Positions 6,606 to 7,536 of a stretch of 7,536 nt of DNA are shown here, piece after piece. The notes under the pieces were generated by a model. That model was not told where the DNA came from and searched no databases. It saw only the letters and a program-made list of their open reading frames with translations. The translations under genes were made by a program, and so were the position numbers. Numbering within the stretch: position 1 is the first letter of the stretch; every line of letters begins with the position of its first letter. Source of the DNA: Rotaria sp. (Eukaryota); NCBI GenBank assembly GCA_905250055.1, contig CAJNOF010005248.1, positions 1 to 7,536 of the forward strand, given 5' to 3'.

Positions 6606-7536
6606 TTAAACTTTGAAAAAGTAAATTTACAGACTTCGCTGTCAAAGAAAATGATTCATACTTGTTTTGTTCTAACTAGACAGAATAGTCATGTTTATTA
6701 ATTCATATTGTAATATTTACACTAATAACTTTTCTGCATCGATATCAGTAAATGAATTTCGAAAATGATTTTATTAACAAAACGAAATCAACATTTTATA
6801 TTTTTGGACTATTAAATTCCGACAGAAGACAGTTATGATTCTATCATCGAGAATACATAAACTATAAAATTTTGTCAGTTTTTCTTTTGTTGAAACATAA
6901 CTAAAACTTAGTACCACAATATATTTGTACTTTACCTGCGATATATAGGTCCCATTGAATTCAAAGACAATGAACCATCAATAAAAATGCTACTCTAAAG
7001 CCATTAGTTTAAAGATCTTTAATATTTCTTTTTGCTCAAAGCTTCATAAGATAGACTAGATATAAACTGATAGTACCTGTGAATCATCCAAATTGCTAGA
7101 TTAAAGTAAACTTCAATTATCGTTGGACATCCTAATAATCACATATGATATGAGAATCTAGTTCAACATGAAACGTTCGGATTCGTTGTAAGAAATTCTC
7201 TTAGAAATGACATATATGGAATACGAATAATGTTATGAAGAAGATGAACTGAACGATTTAGCGAAGAATTCACATAATAAGGACACATCAAACACAATAT
7301 ATATATAGAAAAATTCTAATATTATTGCTTTCTATTGGTGACAGCATAAAAAACAGGCAATTGTTGTAGTGTATATATGTCAATTTTCTTAGTATTCTAT
7401 CTCAGTTGCTGTTAAATAGAAACAGATATTGACTATGTTTCTTTTTCATAGTTCGTATAGAGTCCTTTCTCTATTTTGTTTAGTTTAAATCAATATTTGT
7501 TGAATTTTTTTTTTGTTGGATAAAATTTATCATCTT

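Larger units (their letters stand above)
5558..6609. mobile_element. Composite non-autonomous DNA transposon with piggyBac-type ends (TTAA flanks, 13-bp CCC...GGG TIRs)
   Basis: The left boundary is TTAA (5558-5561) followed by CCCTTTACGGCCG (5562-5574). The right boundary is CGGCCGTAAAGGG (6593-6605) followed by TTAA (6606-6609). The terminal inverted repeat is a perfect 13 bp, and there is no transposase-sized ORF inside. Confidence 0.7.

Noticed and set aside
5516-6645. ORFs 5516..5722 (+) and 6391..6645 (-) overlapping the transposon ends, considered as possible transposase remnants
   Set aside because: At 68 and 84 aa they are far too short for a transposase. They have no DDD/DDE-like pattern that I can see. 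They also run through TIR and palindrome sequence.
1629-6770. Shared tctgcatcgat followed by cgaaaat at 1629-1650 and 6734-6766
   Set aside because: It is an 11-mer plus a 7-mer with different spacing and no extension on either side, which is consistent with chance in AT-rich sequence.
1-7536. A prokaryotic or phage system (defence island, CRISPR array, toxin-antitoxin, operon)
   Set aside because: Coding density is essentially zero. There are no regularly spaced direct repeats with unique spacers and no RBS-ORF series. The content of microsatellite, MITE-type elements and GTAAGT-type motifs is typical of a eukaryotic intergenic region or intron.

Overview
This window looks like AT-rich eukaryotic non-coding, repeat-rich DNA. 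An insect source, possibly mosquito-like, is only a guess. It does not look like a prokaryotic gene cluster. The longest six-frame ORF in 7.5 kb is 113 aa, and every listed ORF is explained by low complexity, inverted-repeat mirroring or chance in AT-rich sequence. I found no tRNA, rRNA, CRISPR array or operon-like structure, and no protein-coding gene I can support.

Features I can support:
- Bases 1-1450 are a repeat-rich block. It holds three diverged ~100-bp direct repeat copies, a weak reverse-transcriptase-like relic on the minus strand, and a 135-bp G/T-only imperfect microsatellite with 16 GGG runs.
- Bases 2709-2820 are a small unit bounded by an inverted repeat.
- Bases 5558-6609 are the standout feature. 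This is a 1,044-bp non-autonomous element with perfect 13-bp CCC...GGG terminal inverted repeats and TTAA on both flanks, the piggyBac-type signature. Internally it resolves into two MITE-like units bracketing a 571-bp near-complete palindrome with 261-bp arms (~88% identity, no indels, symmetry axis at 6189).

I see no evidence for a novel defence or metabolic system. The novelty candidate is the composite TTAA element with its hairpin. All alignments and counts were done by hand from the sequence, and no database was consulted.
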